From NCBI RefSeq assembly GCF_009834535.1, contig NC_045696.1:114702001-114766000 (forward strand): 64,000 nt of DNA. The letters run 5' to 3'. Within the stretch, counting starts at the first letter, position 1. Every line of letters starts with the position of its first letter. Shown in pieces: positions 62,029-64,000 of this stretch. The position numbers were made by a program, and so were the translations under genes. The stretch comes from Camelus ferus. Lineage: Eukaryota. The notes under the pieces were generated by a model that saw only the letters and a list, made by a program, of their open reading frames with translations, was not told where the DNA came from and did not search any database.

Positions 62029-62788
62029 CTAAATAATACATTTTTGTTAGCAATTATTTAGCATGACCTGAAACTGCTAAATGAATTTGCATCGTAATTT
62101 GTCTCTCGTAGTGCATACCTGCACTATAATTGGAAAAGAAGAGAGAGAATATTTGCCTTATTTCAAGACTCAAAAAACACAAAGTATTACCAGGTTAGGT
62201 TTGTTTTTATTTTTTCACTACACATGGGTGTACATTCAATATTTATCCTGTTCCATCAATGCTTTTTACTGCCTTCTATTTTGTTTCACATAAAATATGA
62301 AAAGTATGCTTTGAGCATGTATTTTTTTTACTACTTTAATTACTCAGGGCTTAATTTGTTTTTAATAACTTAATAGCTGAAATTAAATCAAAAGAGAGCA
62401 TTTGATTGTATATGCATCATTCTAATGTGGGAGTGCATTTAGGGAAAGCCATGAATCATTTGTACAATCTCTTGTTACATGACAAATAAATTAAAGTGTA
62501 ATTAAAATAAAAATGATGGGGTTTTAATACAGTTAAAAGGAATTTTTTTCTTAATCATTCTGTGATTGTTTATCTGGGGTTGTGAGGCCTTCTTTCTTAC
62601 TGAGAAATATTGATTCAACTATTGATCTTATTCTCACTGAAACTGTAAGTTTTGAAAGTGGAAAAATACAAACCTTTCTAAATAAGAAAGACTTATAATT
62701 ACTATTAACTTTGCAAATTATTCTCTGCCTTCTGTTTCTTAAAAGAAAAAGTGGTATCTAAATATGCAGTTTTAAAAATCATGTTCTG

Positions 62789-62881
62789 AAAAGGAATATA
62801 TATATTTATGCATCACTGAATCACTATACTGCGTACCAGAAATTAACACAACATTGTAAATCAACTATACTTTAATTAAAT
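62789..62881 (+). mobile_element. Short L1 3' end
   Basis: actgaatcactatactgcgtaccagaaattaacacaacattgtaaatcaactatactt. Perfect 14-bp TSD aaaatcatgttctg at 62775-62788 and 62882-62895, at a TTTT/AAAA site. Confidence 0.94.
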
Positions 62882-64000
62882 AAAATCATGTTCTGTGATG
62901 AAATGTAATGAAAAAAGAGAGTTTGGTTAGAATTAGGAATTCAGAGATTGATTCTTTTAGATTATGACAAAAAGAATCTGTGAGTTTCAACATACGTAAC
63001 TTTCACTTAGAGCAGAGTAGATCATGTCTGCTGTTTTTCCTTTGATGTTTAACTGTTTAGTTTATTTAGACAGATAGTAGCTACTTCTCAAATATTTTTT
63101 CCCATGGACATTTGATGCAAGTTCATCTATCTGGGTCCTTCTCTGAAGAAAGTCATGACTCAGTTCATTTATGAAAGTATATGAATAATTAAATTGACTT
63201 CTTTATATTGTAAAATTAAAACTCAGAAGCAAGTTGCCTGATTTATTCATGTCTTGCGTTCAATGATGCCTGTAAGCTCTGGATATTTGGAATATTGTGT
63301 CAAAACATTGGGTATTATGGGTATTGCCATCGCGTATCCTTGGTAGGGAAGTTTGCTTTGTTCTGCTGAGTTCTGTGAATGGGGTGAAAATGATGGATGG
63401 CACTGCCTTCCCCTGAAAAGAGAAACTGACCCCACTTGGATACCTGCACATCATCATATACTCAGGACCTTACTCCTTGATAATATTTGAGCAGCCTTAT
63501 CAAATAATGATGAAGTTGAGAACAGTGGCCAAGGAGAGTGTTGCTTTGGGACATGAAATATAAATACATTTCAAATTATAGAAATAGTACTTTTGCAGCA
63601 GGAAGAGAAAATTTCCATTGCATACTGCGTCCCTGTCCTAACCGTTCCGTTGAGTCCTTGATTGGCAAACTTTCCTAAGGTGGACGCTCTTACAATGCCC
63701 TGTCTAATTTCTAATGCTTTCTCATGCTTCTCAGTCATCTTCCCAGGCATTATTATTAATTAGAATCCTCCTAGTCGTCTCTCCGATGTGATGCTCATAT
63801 AAAATGTCAGTGGGCCAGCCAGTATCTCAGAACAAGAATTCTATCCCACACACCTCTTCTTCTATGAGCTGGTTTTGTTGAAGTTCTAGCTCTCAGGGAA
63901 AACAGAGTTAATTTTGCTTCCACATTCTAATCAAGAGGAGAGCACTAAGAAGTATTATGAGCCGGAGTGAATATGAGTTTCTTGCTTTTATTCTTGCTTC

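Noticed and set aside
1..64000. The short ORFs of the six-frame track as genes
   Set aside because: All are 60-147 aa, many start at non-ATG codons, many lie in repeats or low-complexity DNA, and none has a recognisable domain apart from transposon fragments.

Overview
Mammalian, AT-rich, CpG-depleted genomic DNA with no CpG island. It is almost certainly camelid (llama/alpaca/vicuna/camel): it carries a tRNA-derived SINE of the camelid Vic-1 type and many short L1 3' ends of the artiodactyl/camelid type. The window looks intronic or intergenic. I recognise no protein-coding gene, RNA gene or CRISPR array, and nothing prokaryotic. The only ORF with a recognisable product is a LINE-1 ORF2 fragment (40149-40640). 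Most of the explainable sequence is transposon debris: MIR, L2, old L1M, young L1, MaLR/ERVL/ERV1 solo LTRs and hAT DNA elements, plus microsatellites. The best-supported unusual structures are two young 5'-inverted L1 insertions 1.3 kb apart. Each has a perfect TSD, and each lacks about 1.1-1.3 kb of nearly the same ORF2 interval. There is also a recent 51-bp triplication of what looks like a hAT transposase C-terminus. A few candidate exons and promoters are listed at low confidence. I found no convincing novel biological system. Repeat subfamily names come from recalled consensus sequences, not a database search, and boundaries of old repeats are approximate.
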